In this document: one piece after another, positions 20,286 to 30,417 of the stretch
Numbering within the stretch: the first letter of the stretch is position 1
Layout of the letters: every line of letters begins with the position of its first letter
Source: an uncultured Acidimicrobiales bacterium
Lineage (GTDB): Bacteria; Actinomycetota; Acidimicrobiia; Acidimicrobiales; UBA10347
Length of the DNA stretch: 64,000 nt
Direction: 5' to 3'
Assembly: GCA_943788915.1 (NCBI GenBank)
Contig: CALSSD010000003.1
Span: 198,663 to 262,662, forward strand
Notes under the pieces: generated by a model
What the model saw: only the letters and a program-made list of their open reading frames with translations
Database searches by the model: none
What the model was told of the DNA's origin: nothing
Program-made: the position numbers and the translations under genes

Positions 20286-23020
20286 TCAGAGAACGATGAT
20301 GAGCAGGCCCGCAAGCAGGGTTGCGCCTGCGAACATGACAGTTGCGTATTGTTGGACTTGGCCAGTTGACCAGCGGCGCAATTCGCCACCGGCTCCTTGT
20401 GATCCACGACCAGCGGCATTGACGGAACCGTCGATGACCCCTTGGTCGATGTACTTGTAGAGCGCGTCGGCCGTCTTGACCGAATTCTTGCCGACTTCGT
20501 CGACGGCGGCATCGATGACGTTCTCGTGCACCCAGTTAGCGGCATAGGCCAGCGGCCGTTTGGTGAAGCTGGCAATACCGGTACCCGTGCGCAAGGCAAG
20601 GTACACGATCGTGAAGACCGTTAGGCCAAGAACCATGCCCCAGATGAGGGACGACCACAACGCCTGATCAAGGCCATTGTCGAGCGAGAACCCTAGGGTG
20701 AGGCCAGCAGCGGCTCCAAAGATGGAGCCCATCGCCGTCGCGCCTGCTGCGCCGACCGCAGCACCGCTGTCGTAGATGTGATCCAGGTAGTACCGGTTCT
20801 TAAGCATGGTGTGGCCGGCCTTGAGCAGCTTGCTGCGTTCGGTGGGACCGTTGATCATCTCGGTGGCCGAAGGGCTCTGTGCGTTGACCTTGACGAAGTA
20901 GTACCAGTACGCAACACCCACCGCGCCGGCAACAACCAGCGTGGAGAAGATGGCCAATGACCAGCTCGGATCAGCATGGCTGATCTTCGGGAAGTAACCA
21001 GTGGCCGCAAGCGGTTCGACGAAATGTTCGAAGCGCAAGGTGATCCCAGATGGGAGGCCAAGGAAGTTCTTGGGCAAGTTCATCAGACCGGCAACGACGG
21101 CGAGCCCAGCAAGGATGCGGAGCGGCCACAGAATGCGGGGGCCTGACTCGTGGGGATCGCCATGATGTGCATGGTCGTCGTGCGCATCAGCAGCGGCATG
21201 ACCATGATCGTCGTCATGGTGGCCGCCCCGGAACTCACCGAAGAAGGTCAGGTACATGACTCGGGTCATGTAGGCGGCGGTCATAGCGGCCGTGATCATG
21301 CCCATTACCAGCATGATTGTGTAGGCGCCGTTTGCGTGGCTTTCGCCTTCGAAGAAGCCCCAGCCGCCGGTGCCAGCGAGGATTTCATCCTTTGACCAGA
21401 AACCAGCAAGCGGTGGCAGGCCTGCGAGTGCGATCGAGCCGATCAAGAAGGTCTTGTAGGTGGTCGGCATGAACTTTCGCATGCCACCCATGTCCTTCTT
21501 CATGTCGAAGCTATGCACTGCGTGGCTAACCGAACCAGCGCCCAGGAAGAGGCACGCCTTGAACAGTGCGTGCGTCGTGAGGTGGAAGACGGCTGCGGTC
21601 CATGCACCGACACCGAGAGCCAGGGTCATGTAACCGAGCTGGCTGATGGTTGAGTAGGCCAGAACCTTCTTGATGTCGTCTTGCACGAAGGCCAGCGAGG
21701 CACCAACCAGTGTGGTGACAGCACCAATCACGGCGAGTGCGTTGATGCTTGAGCCGCCGATCGACAGGCCGTTGAAGAACACGCCGTAGAGGCGAGCGAT
21801 GAGATAGACACCAGCGACAACCATGGTCGCTGCGTGGATCAGTGCCGAGACCGGCGTCGGGCCGGCCATGGCATCGGGGAGCCAGGTATGCAAGAAGAAC
21901 TGGCCCGACTTCGACATGACGGCGGCAAGCAAACACAGCGAGGCGATGAGGAGCATCGTGTGGCTGGTCCCACCCTTACCCTCACCAAGAATTGCGGCTG
22001 CGTTGATGTCGATGATGCTCCACTTCTCATTCGAGGCGAAGAAGAGGATGATCATGCCAATCAGTAGGCCCATATCACCAACACGGTTGGTGAGGAAGGC
22101 CTTGAGAGCTGCATCAGAGTTGGGTTGTTCTTCCCACCAATGGCCGATGAGCGCAAACGAGCAGACGCCCACAAGCTCCCAACCAACAATCATTTGCAGC
22201 ACGTTCGCGCTGGTCACAAAGAACAACATGGCGGCGGTAAACAGCGACAAGAAACCGAAGTAGTGGGTGAAGCGGCGATCACCAGCGACATAGTCGGTGC
22301 TGTAGATGTGCACCAGCATCGAGACGAGGGTGACCACGACCAGCAGCGTCACGGTCAGGCCATCGACCATGGTGCCAATGGTGAAGTTGATCCCACCGTT
22401 TGACCACCAGGTTCGTTCGGAAACAACCGCTACCGCTGCGGCTGCGGTGCTCCCGGCTTCGGCTTCGGTGAAGGCAGTGAGCGCCGATGCTGACTCGCCA
22501 TCGGGCGACCCAGCATTGGTATCGATGGGGTAAGCACCCTCTCAGAGTGATCGTCGTCTTCAGCATGCGCTTCGTCATCTGAGTGATCGCCGTCTTCGTC
22601 GCCGTGGGCTTCGGCATCGGTGTCGTGACTTTCGCCATCGTCAGCATGGGTGTCGTCGGCGGCATGCGCTTGATCGGAGGCATACGCCTCGTAGTCGAGC
22701 GGGATATAACCGGCTTCGCCCTTATGGTCGACACCATCGATCGAGTATTCGATGTAGTCGCACGTCTTAGGGGTGCAGTTGGCGGCCTCATTGACTTGGC
22801 CAATCCACTGACCGGCAGTAAGCAGCGCCAGGATAAAGCAGACGCCAACAGCAGCTATGCCGACCTCGCTACCGCCACGTGGCATACGTTTGCCGAAGCC
22901 GAGAATGATCGCGAAAGACACCGCCATAATGGCGGGAATGATCCACACGTTCTCGAGGAAGAACCCACTGGCTTCGACAGCCAAACCACCGGATTCGGCG
23001 GCCAAATACGTCGTATTCAT
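20286..23020 (-). CDS. nuoL: Complex I subunit L (11-subunit cluster), one frameshift at ~22543
   Basis: The N-terminal TMs in ORF 22430-23020 join the 20286 frame with one added base (..DHSE/EGAYPID..TWWSNGGINFTIGTMVDG); KSGQF.LHTWLPDAMAGPTPVSALIHAATMV. Confidence 0.9.
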
Positions 23021-23024
23021 GTAA

Positions 23025-23327
23025 TCAGCCCTTCAAGAGGTCGACCTGATGCAGGTCAATGCTCTTGGAGTTGCGGTAGATGGTCAGGACGAGTGCAAGG
23101 CCAACGCCAACTTCGGCGGCGGCCACAGCAATGATGAACAAGGCGAAGACTTCGGCAGGGATCTGTGCGCCATTAAAGGCACCAAAAGCGATCAGGTTGA
23201 TGTTGACCGCATTCAAGATCAGCTCGATCGACATGAGTACGAGCACGGCGTTACGCCGGGCCAGAACGCCATAAACGCCAATACAGAACAAGATCGACGA
23301 GAGCAGTAGGAACTGCACGAGATACAT
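23025..23327 (-). CDS. nuoK: Complex I subunit K
   Basis: RRN...MSIELILN; VAAAEVGVGLA. Confidence 0.95.
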   Translation of the reverse strand: MYLVQFLLLSSILFCIGVYGVLARRNAVLVLMSIELILNAVNINLIAFGAFNGAQIPAEVFALFIIAVAAAEVGVGLALVLTIYRNSKSIDLHQVDLLKG

Positions 23328-23340
23328 CGGTGACTCCCCC

Positions 23341-23886
23341 TTACTCTTTCCGGGCCACGACGATGGCGCCGATAAGTGCAGCGAGCAGCAATACCGAGAT
23401 TGCTTCGAACGCCACGATGTAGGTACTAAAGATCGAATCGGAGACCTGTTCTACGGTGGTCGGGCTGTTGCCGAGCACGTCGATCTCCTCGTCGCCAGCG
23501 AAGTCGACTACTGCGTAACCCATGACCAGTACAAGGAGCACTGCGGTCAAGATGGCGGGAATGACGTTGTCGTGGTCGAGACCATCTTCGTTGCCGACCT
23601 TGGCCCGAGTAAGCATGATGCCGAACAGAAACAACACGATGACGGCGCCGATGTAGACCAGCACCTGGGTGACGCCTACGAATTCAGCGCCGAGCAGCAG
23701 GAACTGGGCAGCGACGCCGGCCAACACCACCACGAGATACAGCGCAGCGTGCACGATGTTGCTGGTGGTGACGACCCGCAACGCGGCAATCACCATGACC
23801 GCTGCAATGAGATAGAAGAAAACGTTCTGCGCCACAACTGCACCAAGCACAGGAGCGCTCACCATGGAGGCGACGGTGGTGATCAT
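23341..23886 (-). CDS. nuoJ: Complex I subunit J
   Basis: AEF..QVLVYIGAVIVLFLF.IML; FE..S.LLL.ALIGA. Confidence 0.93.
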   Translation of the reverse strand: MITTVASMVSAPVLGAVVAQNVFFYLIAAVMVIAALRVVTTSNIVHAALYLVVVLAGVAAQFLLLGAEFVGVTQVLVYIGAVIVLFLFGIMLTRAKVGNEDGLDHDNVIPAILTAVLLVLVMGYAVVDFAGDEEIDVLGNSPTTVEQVSDSIFSTYIVAFEAISVLLLAALIGAIVVARKE

Positions 23887-24425
23887 GACGACGGACTCGG
23901 CAGTTTCTTGATCTTGACCTCGGCTCCGGCCTCGTACGCGGGGTACTCAGGAACGGTTTCCATCCAGTCAGCCAGGCGACCCTTGTCGTGGAGCAGATCA
24001 GCGATCTTCATTTCGCTGAACTCGAACTCGGGGCTCCAGAAAAGCGCATCGAACGGGCAGACCTCGACGCAGATTCCGCAATACATACAGAGTGCGAAGT
24101 CGATATCGAAACGATCAAGCTTGTTCTTCTGACGGGGTTTACCACCGGCACGACGGGGCGGCGCGAGTTCTTTATGGCCCTCGATGTAGATACACCAGTC
24201 GGGGCACTCGCGTGCGCACAACATGCACGCAGTGCAGTTGTCATGGTGCAAGGCAATAACGCCTCGGGCACGGTCAGGCGGCGCCTCTTTGACATGCGGA
24301 TATTGGACCGTGTGCGCGCCCTTGGACGGCGCTGGCGGTGCTAGTGGCCCATCAGGGAACACTGTTTTGATGAACGTCTTGGCAGTAACACCAAGACCCA
24401 CCAACATGCCGGGCAATTTAGGCAC
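23883..24425 (-). CDS. nuoI: Complex I subunit I
   Basis: CTACMLCARECP and CMYCGICVEVCP; start at GTG 24425 inferred. Confidence 0.92.
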   Translation of the reverse strand: MPKLPGMLVGLGVTAKTFIKTVFPDGPLAPPAPSKGAHTVQYPHVKEAPPDRARGVIALHHDNCTACMLCARECPDWCIYIEGHKELAPPRRAGGKPRQKNKLDRFDIDFALCMYCGICVEVCPFDALFWSPEFEFSEMKIADLLHDKGRLADWMETVPEYPAYEAGAEVKIKKLPSPSS

Positions 24426-24507
24426 AAAACACCTCACGCGAGTTGCGAGCGCAGCGAGCACACTCGGTAAGTGAACGAGGGCCCCAGCCCGAGAGAACGG
24501 CCGGCAT

Positions 24508-25530
24508 CTAGAAGACCACCTTGAAGATCGCGGTCACGACAATGTTGAACAGTGACAAGGGAATCAGGAACTTCCATGCGAGACGTTGCAACTGGTCTTC
24601 ACGGAACCGGGGGTAGGTGATCCGGAACCAGAAGATCAGGAAGGCAATAAAGACCATCTTGGCAGCCAGTACCAATGGGCCGATGTAGTCCATGATTTCA
24701 GCGTTGATGTCGACGAATGGGACCGTCCAACCGCCGAGGAACAGGGTTGCACCAATTGCCGAGAACACCGCAGCAGTCGCGAACTCGCCAATGAAGAACA
24801 GCAAGAACCGCATGCCGGAGTATTCGGTCAAATAACCAGTAACCAGTTCAGATTCAGCGACTGGCATATCAAACGGTGGCTGGGTGAGTTCAGCCTGCAC
24901 TGCAACCATGAAGATGAAGAAACCAATGATCTGAGGGATGATGAACCAGACGCCGAAGTCTGCTTGTGCAGCAACGATGCCTTTCATGTTCAACGTGCCA
25001 GCCATGATCACGACACCAACAACCGAGAGAACCAACGGAAGTTCGTAGGCGATGAGCTGACCGGCAGCACGAATACCACCGAGCAGCGAGTACTTGCTGT
25101 TGGAGCCCCAGCCTGCCATCAAGATGCCGATCACCGACACCGATGACACGGCCATAGCGAAGTAGATACCGGTGTTCAGGTCCACGAAGTGGGTATCGGG
25201 GCCGCCGGGCAACACCAATACCAACATGAACGTGGAAACAAGCACCACAAACGGGGCGGCTGCGAAGACAAACCGGTCGGCCTTGCTGGGGAAGATGTCT
25301 TCCTTCTGCAAGAACTTGCCAAACTCGGCCAACAGCTGAAGCTGACCGTAGGGGCCGGTTTCCATAGGACCAAGACGGCTTTGCATGAAGCTCATCATCT
25401 TGAACAGGAACAGGTAGACAAGTGCGCCGGTCGGCAGCAACACCGCGACAAGACCGATACCGATCTTGGCCAGGGTGTCCACCCAATACGGCGGGTTGAT
25501 CGCAAGGAACGACGAAATCAAAGGGTTCAC
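24508..25530 (-). CDS. nuoH: Complex I subunit H
   Basis: Q.RLGP..GP.G; KE; KYSLLGG.R; PFD...ESEL..G..TEYSG; GTG start overlaps the nuoD stop. Confidence 0.93.
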   Translation of the reverse strand: MNPLISSFLAINPPYWVDTLAKIGIGLVAVLLPTGALVYLFLFKMMSFMQSRLGPMETGPYGQLQLLAEFGKFLQKEDIFPSKADRFVFAAAPFVVLVSTFMLVLVLPGGPDTHFVDLNTGIYFAMAVSSVSVIGILMAGWGSNSKYSLLGGIRAAGQLIAYELPLVLSVVGVVIMAGTLNMKGIVAAQADFGVWFIIPQIIGFFIFMVAVQAELTQPPFDMPVAESELVTGYLTEYSGMRFLLFFIGEFATAAVFSAIGATLFLGGWTVPFVDINAEIMDYIGPLVLAAKMVFIAFLIFWFRITYPRFREDQLQRLAWKFLIPLSLFNIVVTAIFKVVF

Positions 25531-26720
25531 CGGTCGATATCTCCGAGGATGAAGTACAGCGACGCCAAAATCGTGGCGATGTCGGGCACGAGGACACCTT
25601 CGAGCAGCCACGGCGAGATCGACATGTTCGAGAACGAAGCGGTGCGAATCTTGACCCGAAACGGAGTGAGTTCACCCTTGCTCACCACGTAATAACCCAT
25701 GGCGCCGAGCGGATTCTCGGTCTGCACGTACGATTCGCCGGCGGGAACCTTGATGATGCGCGGCACCTTGGCCATGACCGGGCCGGCAGGCAGGCCATCG
25801 AGCAGCTGCTCGACCATGTAGGTGGCTTCGCGTGTCTCTTGCAGGCGAACCCAGTACCGACTGAACGAATCACCGTCGGGGTGGGTCCAGACTTTCCAGT
25901 CCAGATCTTTCCATGCCAGCGGGGAGTCAGCGTCTCGACGCAGATCCCAATCGACACCGGAACCACGCAGGTTTGCGCCACTCAGGCCGTAGGCCATAGC
26001 AACATCGGCAGGGATGATGCCCACACCACGGCAACGGGCTTGGAAGATCTCGTTGCCGACAACCAGGTCTTCCATCTCGTCGCAGAAGTCACGGACCTTC
26101 TGCATGGATGACTTGGTTTCCTTGATCCAGCCGGCGGGCAGGTCGTCTTTGACGCCACCGATGCGGTTGAAGTTTGGATGGAAACGGCCGCCGGTCGCAG
26201 ATTCGATCTGGTTGAGAACGAATTCGCGGTCGCGGAACGCGTAGAAGATCGCAGTAACACCGCCGAGTTGCACGGCCATGTCGCCGAGAAACAACATGAT
26301 GTTGGCGATGCGACCCATCTCGAACAGGGCAGTTCGGATGTACTGGGCTCGAGGCGGGGCCTCGACTTCCATAAGTTCTTCGGCCGCCAGGATGAACGGC
26401 ACCTCGTTGGCGAAACTGCCGACCCAGTCGATGCGGTTGATCAGCGTGGTGACCTGGGGGTAGGTACGCACCTCGGTGAGTTTTTCATATCCCCGGTGCA
26501 TGTACCCCATGATGGGTTCCGCAGAGATGACCTGCTCGCCGTCGAGGCGGGCAACGATACGTAGCGTGCCATGAGTAGCCGGGTGCTGGGGCCCAATGTT
26601 GAGGGTCATACCCTCGGTTTCGAGCTCTACATTGACCCGAGCGTCGGCGGCTTGCGCAGCGATGTAGCGGAGTTGTTCATTGTTCGTGATGTCGAATTCG
26701 GCGTTGATATCGGTAGTCAC
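25527..26720 (-). CDS. nuoD: Complex I subunit D (11-subunit cluster)
   Basis: NIGPQHPATHG.LR; GYMHRG.EK; C-terminal GDIDR. Confidence 0.95.
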   Translation of the reverse strand: MTTDINAEFDITNNEQLRYIAAQAADARVNVELETEGMTLNIGPQHPATHGTLRIVARLDGEQVISAEPIMGYMHRGYEKLTEVRTYPQVTTLINRIDWVGSFANEVPFILAAEELMEVEAPPRAQYIRTALFEMGRIANIMLFLGDMAVQLGGVTAIFYAFRDREFVLNQIESATGGRFHPNFNRIGGVKDDLPAGWIKETKSSMQKVRDFCDEMEDLVVGNEIFQARCRGVGIIPADVAMAYGLSGANLRGSGVDWDLRRDADSPLAWKDLDWKVWTHPDGDSFSRYWVRLQETREATYMVEQLLDGLPAGPVMAKVPRIIKVPAGESYVQTENPLGAMGYYVVSKGELTPFRVKIRTASFSNMSISPWLLEGVLVPDIATILASLYFILGDIDR

Positions 26721-27424
26721 TCGTTGGCCTCGCCATCGGTCGCTTCGCCATCTGCATCATCATCGGCACCAGGCATAGCTTCAACATCGACGATGCCAGG
26801 CCATGGCTTGACCCTGCGAGACACCAAGGGATAGTCCTTGCGCAGCGGGTTGCCCTCGAAACCGGTGGGCAGGTACAACACCCGCAAGTCAGGGTGACCA
26901 ATGATGTTGATACCGAACATTTCCCACATTTCCCGCTCGTGCCACGTGGCACCGGCAAAGACGGGAATCAGCGTGTCGATAGCGGGTGCACTGTCGTCGA
27001 GATCGGCCTTGATGTGCACCCCAATCTGTTCTTCGATTGAGTACAGCCGCAACAGGGCCTGAAAGCGGGTATGGCCACCGGCGACGCCACTTGTCATTTC
27101 TTCGGCGTCTTTGTCGTTCGGACCACCACCGTGAACCACCCAGTCTTGCTCGGCGTCCATCTCGCGACCATACGGGTTGGGTAGCCAGTCAATGGCAGAG
27201 ATGTAGTCGAGCCAGGTCATGCCCAACTTGTCGCGGGCAAAGGTTGCGGCCTGGACCCATGCAGTGGCGTCGACGCGAATCCATAGGTCGCGGCCAGGAG
27301 TGATGTGCTGGTCGAGAAATGCATCGCCGAGTTCATCAGCAAACGCCTTGGCGATGGCTTCCCGCACTGCGTCGGTTACTTCGGCTTCTTCGACAACGGT
27401 GTCGTCGGCGGCAGTGGTGCTCAT
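26717..27424 (-). CDS. nuoC: Complex I subunit C
   Basis: W.ERE..EMFGI...GHP.LR....GNPLRKDYP. Confidence 0.93.
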   Translation of the reverse strand: MSTTAADDTVVEEAEVTDAVREAIAKAFADELGDAFLDQHITPGRDLWIRVDATAWVQAATFARDKLGMTWLDYISAIDWLPNPYGREMDAEQDWVVHGGGPNDKDAEEMTSGVAGGHTRFQALLRLYSIEEQIGVHIKADLDDSAPAIDTLIPVFAGATWHEREMWEMFGINIIGHPDLRVLYLPTGFEGNPLRKDYPLVSRRVKPWPGIVDVEAMPGADDDADGEATDGEANE

Positions 27425-27945
27425 TCGATTTCACCTCCGCCAACAACAATCGGGTCACGAACGATGCCCTGCCAACGATCAGCAGGATCTTCGTTGTGGA
27501 TCATTTCTTGCAGCAGCACGATGCCTTCGAGCAGTGCTTCGGGCCGTGGCGGGCAGCCAGGAACATAGACATCGACAGGAATGATCTGGTCGACACCCTT
27601 GGTCACCGAGTAGCTGTCCCAGTACGGGCCGCCGCAGTTGGCGCAAGAACCCATGGAAATCACGTATTTGGGGTCAGGCATTTGTTCGTAGAGCCGCAAG
27701 ATCGCAGGTGCCATCTTGTCGGTCACCGTGCCAGAGATCACCACAAGGTCGGCCTGTCGAGGGCTTGCGGGGAACGGAATGACGCCTAAACGCATCACGT
27801 CGTAACGCGGTGAGCCGAATGCGGCTCCCATTTCAAGCGCACAACAGGCGAGGCCCCACTGGTAGACCCACAAGCTGTATTTACGGCTGATATTCAGCAG
27901 CTTGACGATCGACTTCGGCATCTTGCCGGATTCGACTAACCCCAT
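27421..27945 (-). CDS. nuoB: Complex I subunit B
   Basis: [32 protein letters not shown] at 27945. Confidence 0.95.
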   Translation of the reverse strand: MGLVESGKMPKSIVKLLNISRKYSLWVYQWGLACCALEMGAAFGSPRYDVMRLGVIPFPASPRQADLVVISGTVTDKMAPAILRLYEQMPDPKYVISMGSCANCGGPYWDSYSVTKGVDQIIPVDVYVPGCPPRPEALLEGIVLLQEMIHNEDPADRWQGIVRDPIVVGGGEIE

Positions 27946-28015
27946 CAGCGGTTCCTCGCAATCGCTCGTTCGCTGCGCTCGGCGAGCTCTGCGGAGTGTT
28001 GGTATGTCGTCGCCA

Positions 28016-28381
28016 CTACAGCCATTTGAGTACTCCCTTGCGCCACGCGTAGACCAGGCCAAGCAGGAGAATGAAGATAAAGATGGCCATTTCGACAAGA
28101 CCAAACGTGCCGTATGCCTCGAGCCGGGTTGCCCACGGGAAGATAAATACAGCTTCAACGTCGAACATCACGAAGAGCAACGCAAAGATGTAATACCGGA
28201 TATTGGACTGGCCCCAATCGGAGCCGACCGGATCTACACCCGATTCATAGTTAATGTACTTCTGCGCCTGAGGGCGAGAAGGACGAAGCAATGAACTAAT
28301 GCCAAGCAGAGCGGACACCAGGACCACAGCAAGCAGCCCGAAGATGCCGACTGTCAGATAACTGCGCAGGAAGTCGGACAC
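28016..28381 (-). CDS. nuoA: Complex I subunit A
   Basis: K...[23 protein letters not shown]. Confidence 0.95.
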   Translation of the reverse strand: MSDFLRSYLTVGIFGLLAVVLVSALLGISSLLRPSRPQAQKYINYESGVDPVGSDWGQSNIRYYIFALLFVMFDVEAVFIFPWATRLEAYGTFGLVEMAIFIFILLLGLVYAWRKGVLKWL

Positions 28382-28500
28382 GAGTCCCGAGCCTAACCCT
28401 CAGCACTAAACCATCCAAGCTTCTCGAAGCATTAGATATGGCTTTTTTGGGCGATTCTTGTGGCGCGGTTGTGTTGGGCGCGATGGACCACGACTACCGC

Positions 28501-28518
28501 TTGTGATTCTTTGCGCAA
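28501..28518. promoter_or_regulatory. Possible Rex operator upstream of the 11-subunit nuo cluster
   Basis: TTGTGATTCTTTGCGCAA, 3 mismatches to TTGTGAA-N4-TTCACAA, 120 bp upstream of nuoA. Confidence 0.35.
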
Positions 28519-28574
28519 TTAGGCCAACGAAGCGCCCCCGCCCGACTACCCGATTGCGGGGATGTCGTCGCTAC

Positions 28575-29285
28575 TCAATCGGACTCGCGTTGCACCAACG
28601 TGGTCACCGGAAGGTTGCATACCCGCTGTAGGCGACTCGGCAAATCCAGCTTCAGCCAACGCGATGCCCCAGCAGGCAACGTTGAGATGATGACCTCGTC
28701 GAAACTCGATCGAGCCATCACGGTGCGAGCTGCTGTTGTGGGGTCACCAAGAATCACCTCGCCGGTGACCTGGTGGCCCAGATCGCCAAGTGCTTCACGA
28801 AATGTCGCCAACCGATGTTCACCCTCTTCACGGGCAGCAGCACGAGATTCGGCCACAAGCGTGTGCGCTCCCGGCCCGATCAAGCCGGTGGCGGGATCTG
28901 CATGAAGCACCGATGGTGCGGTTTGGGGCACGATGACGTGGAACTCGGCCTGGTTATCGGCGTGGGTGGTGATGAAATCGGTCAACTTGGTATTGGCCAG
29001 CGTGCGGTTCGCCACGATGAGGTATCGCCGAACCTGTACGGCACCGCCAGTCGGGTTGGCCCGACCTCGGTCTACCTGGAAAGCAACCTGGAGCTTGATC
29101 CGATACAGCGGGGCATCGTTGGCCATGGTCAGATCACGCTCGAGCACTCGGGCCGCGCTGAGATCACGTATTGACTTTGCTGCCTCAGACACGGCGTTCT
29201 GCGCTGCGTCCTCCCACGACACTGGCGAGGCAGCAACGATCTGGATGACCTTGTCGACTCGGCCGTGGGCCGAAGTCGGAGTCAT
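28575..29285 (-). CDS. Dodecin domain fused to a Usp-like domain
   Basis: N-terminal KVIQIVAASPVSWEDAA..RDL..ARV.E.D..YRIKLQVAF; C-terminal RRYLIVANRTL..G.V..GDP..FDEVIISTLP..SRWL; ATGA-coupled to the upstream dodecin. Confidence 0.8.
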   Translation of the reverse strand: MTPTSAHGRVDKVIQIVAASPVSWEDAAQNAVSEAAKSIRDLSAARVLERDLTMANDAPLYRIKLQVAFQVDRGRANPTGGAVQVRRYLIVANRTLANTKLTDFITTHADNQAEFHVIVPQTAPSVLHADPATGLIGPGAHTLVAESRAAAREEGEHRLATFREALGDLGHQVTGEVILGDPTTAARTVMARSSFDEVIISTLPAGASRWLKLDLPSRLQRVCNLPVTTLVQRESD

Positions 29286-29494
29286 TCGCCTGATTCGTGC
29301 TTGAAGGACAACCGGATTTTCGTGCGATACAACACGATCTTGCCATCCTCGATCAGCAGGTCCTGCTCGGTGACTTCGGCGACGCGAAGGTCGCGCAGCG
29401 TCTTTGAGGCTTCGGCCACTGCAGCCGCAGCTGCCCCCTCCCACGATTCATCGCTTGTCCCGATGAGTTCAATCACGTTGTAGACGCTGTCCAT
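29282..29494 (-). CDS. Dodecin, calcium-dodecin (Rv0379-like) subfamily
   Basis: SVYNVIELIGTSDESWE..LRDLRVAEV.EQD..YRTKIRLSFK. Confidence 0.9.
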   Translation of the reverse strand: MDSVYNVIELIGTSDESWEGAAAAAVAEASKTLRDLRVAEVTEQDLLIEDGKIVLYRTKIRLSFKHESGE

Positions 29495-29572
29495 CGCGTT
29501 CCCCGTTTCGTTGCTGTCGGCGACTGGACCCGATTGGGCCAGTGGCCGAGACACTAGGGGATGTCACCCGAT

Positions 29573-30206
29573 CTAGCGAGTGCGAGCCAGACCTTCGCTC
29601 AGCGAAACAACCCGAACCACCTGGCCTCGCTTGATGAATTCGCGCGGTGGCAAGCCAAGATCTGGTCGGCCATCACGTGACTCGTGCTGTCGATCCTTCG
29701 ATCGCCCCAGAGCGAATGCATCGGTCTTGGCCACAACCTGTGCACTTCGTTCAGCACCCGTAATCAGGCAGATTTCGCGGATCAGCCATGTCACGATCCC
29801 GATTGCACAACCAGAGATCCAGAACCGTGCAACATCGCCGGAGAACAGTTCCGGAGCATCGGCGAGTTCGACACCGAACCCGGCCATGACCTCGAGACCA
29901 CCCTTGACGAGTAACCAGCCGGTCCCGCCCAGGCCTGCGCTCGCCACGGCCGCAACAAAGACGATGTCGAGCGCGTCTTGGATCACGCGTGTTGCGCCAT
30001 GGATGCTGCTTCTCAAGGCAACATAGATTTCTCAAGGCGACATAGATGACGAGCACGCCGCCAGCGATACAGAACGAGTCAGCCGCCCGAGGCAGACCCG
30101 ACGCAAGCGAGCGGGCACATTTCACAGCGACCATCGAAACCGCCTGACCAATCCCTGCGAGGCCATACGCAAAGACCGCTACCGCCTCGCCAGCAACCAC
30201 TCTCAA
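29573..30206 (-). pseudogene. Hypothetical membrane protein split by a 19-bp tandem duplication
   Basis: Removing one copy of the repeat at 30010-30047 fuses the two ORFs (VIYVALR|SSIHGATR). Confidence 0.5.
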
Positions 30207-30417
30207 ACGCGACTAATGGCGTGTTTCGACTACCGGTGCATGATCACCGCTCATAGACGGCCAGCCAAACAGTCATACACAAAGCCTGACAGCTCCCACC
30301 GGCGAAGACACTCGTGCCCCTCGCCCAGCACCCAGTGACATCAGACCAACTTGGCGACTAAGGAATCTGGAGGCGATGTCTGGTCGCGCAGCAATCATAC
30401 ATCGCATCAGGAAACCG

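Noticed and set aside
25527..26720. Group 4 [NiFe] hydrogenase large subunit
   Set aside because: No N- or C-terminal CxxC nickel ligands; ends in GDIDR like NuoD
28575..29494. Flavin-storage dodecin supplying FMN to complex I
   Set aside because: The flavin-stacking Trp is absent and the adjacent cluster has no FMN subunit
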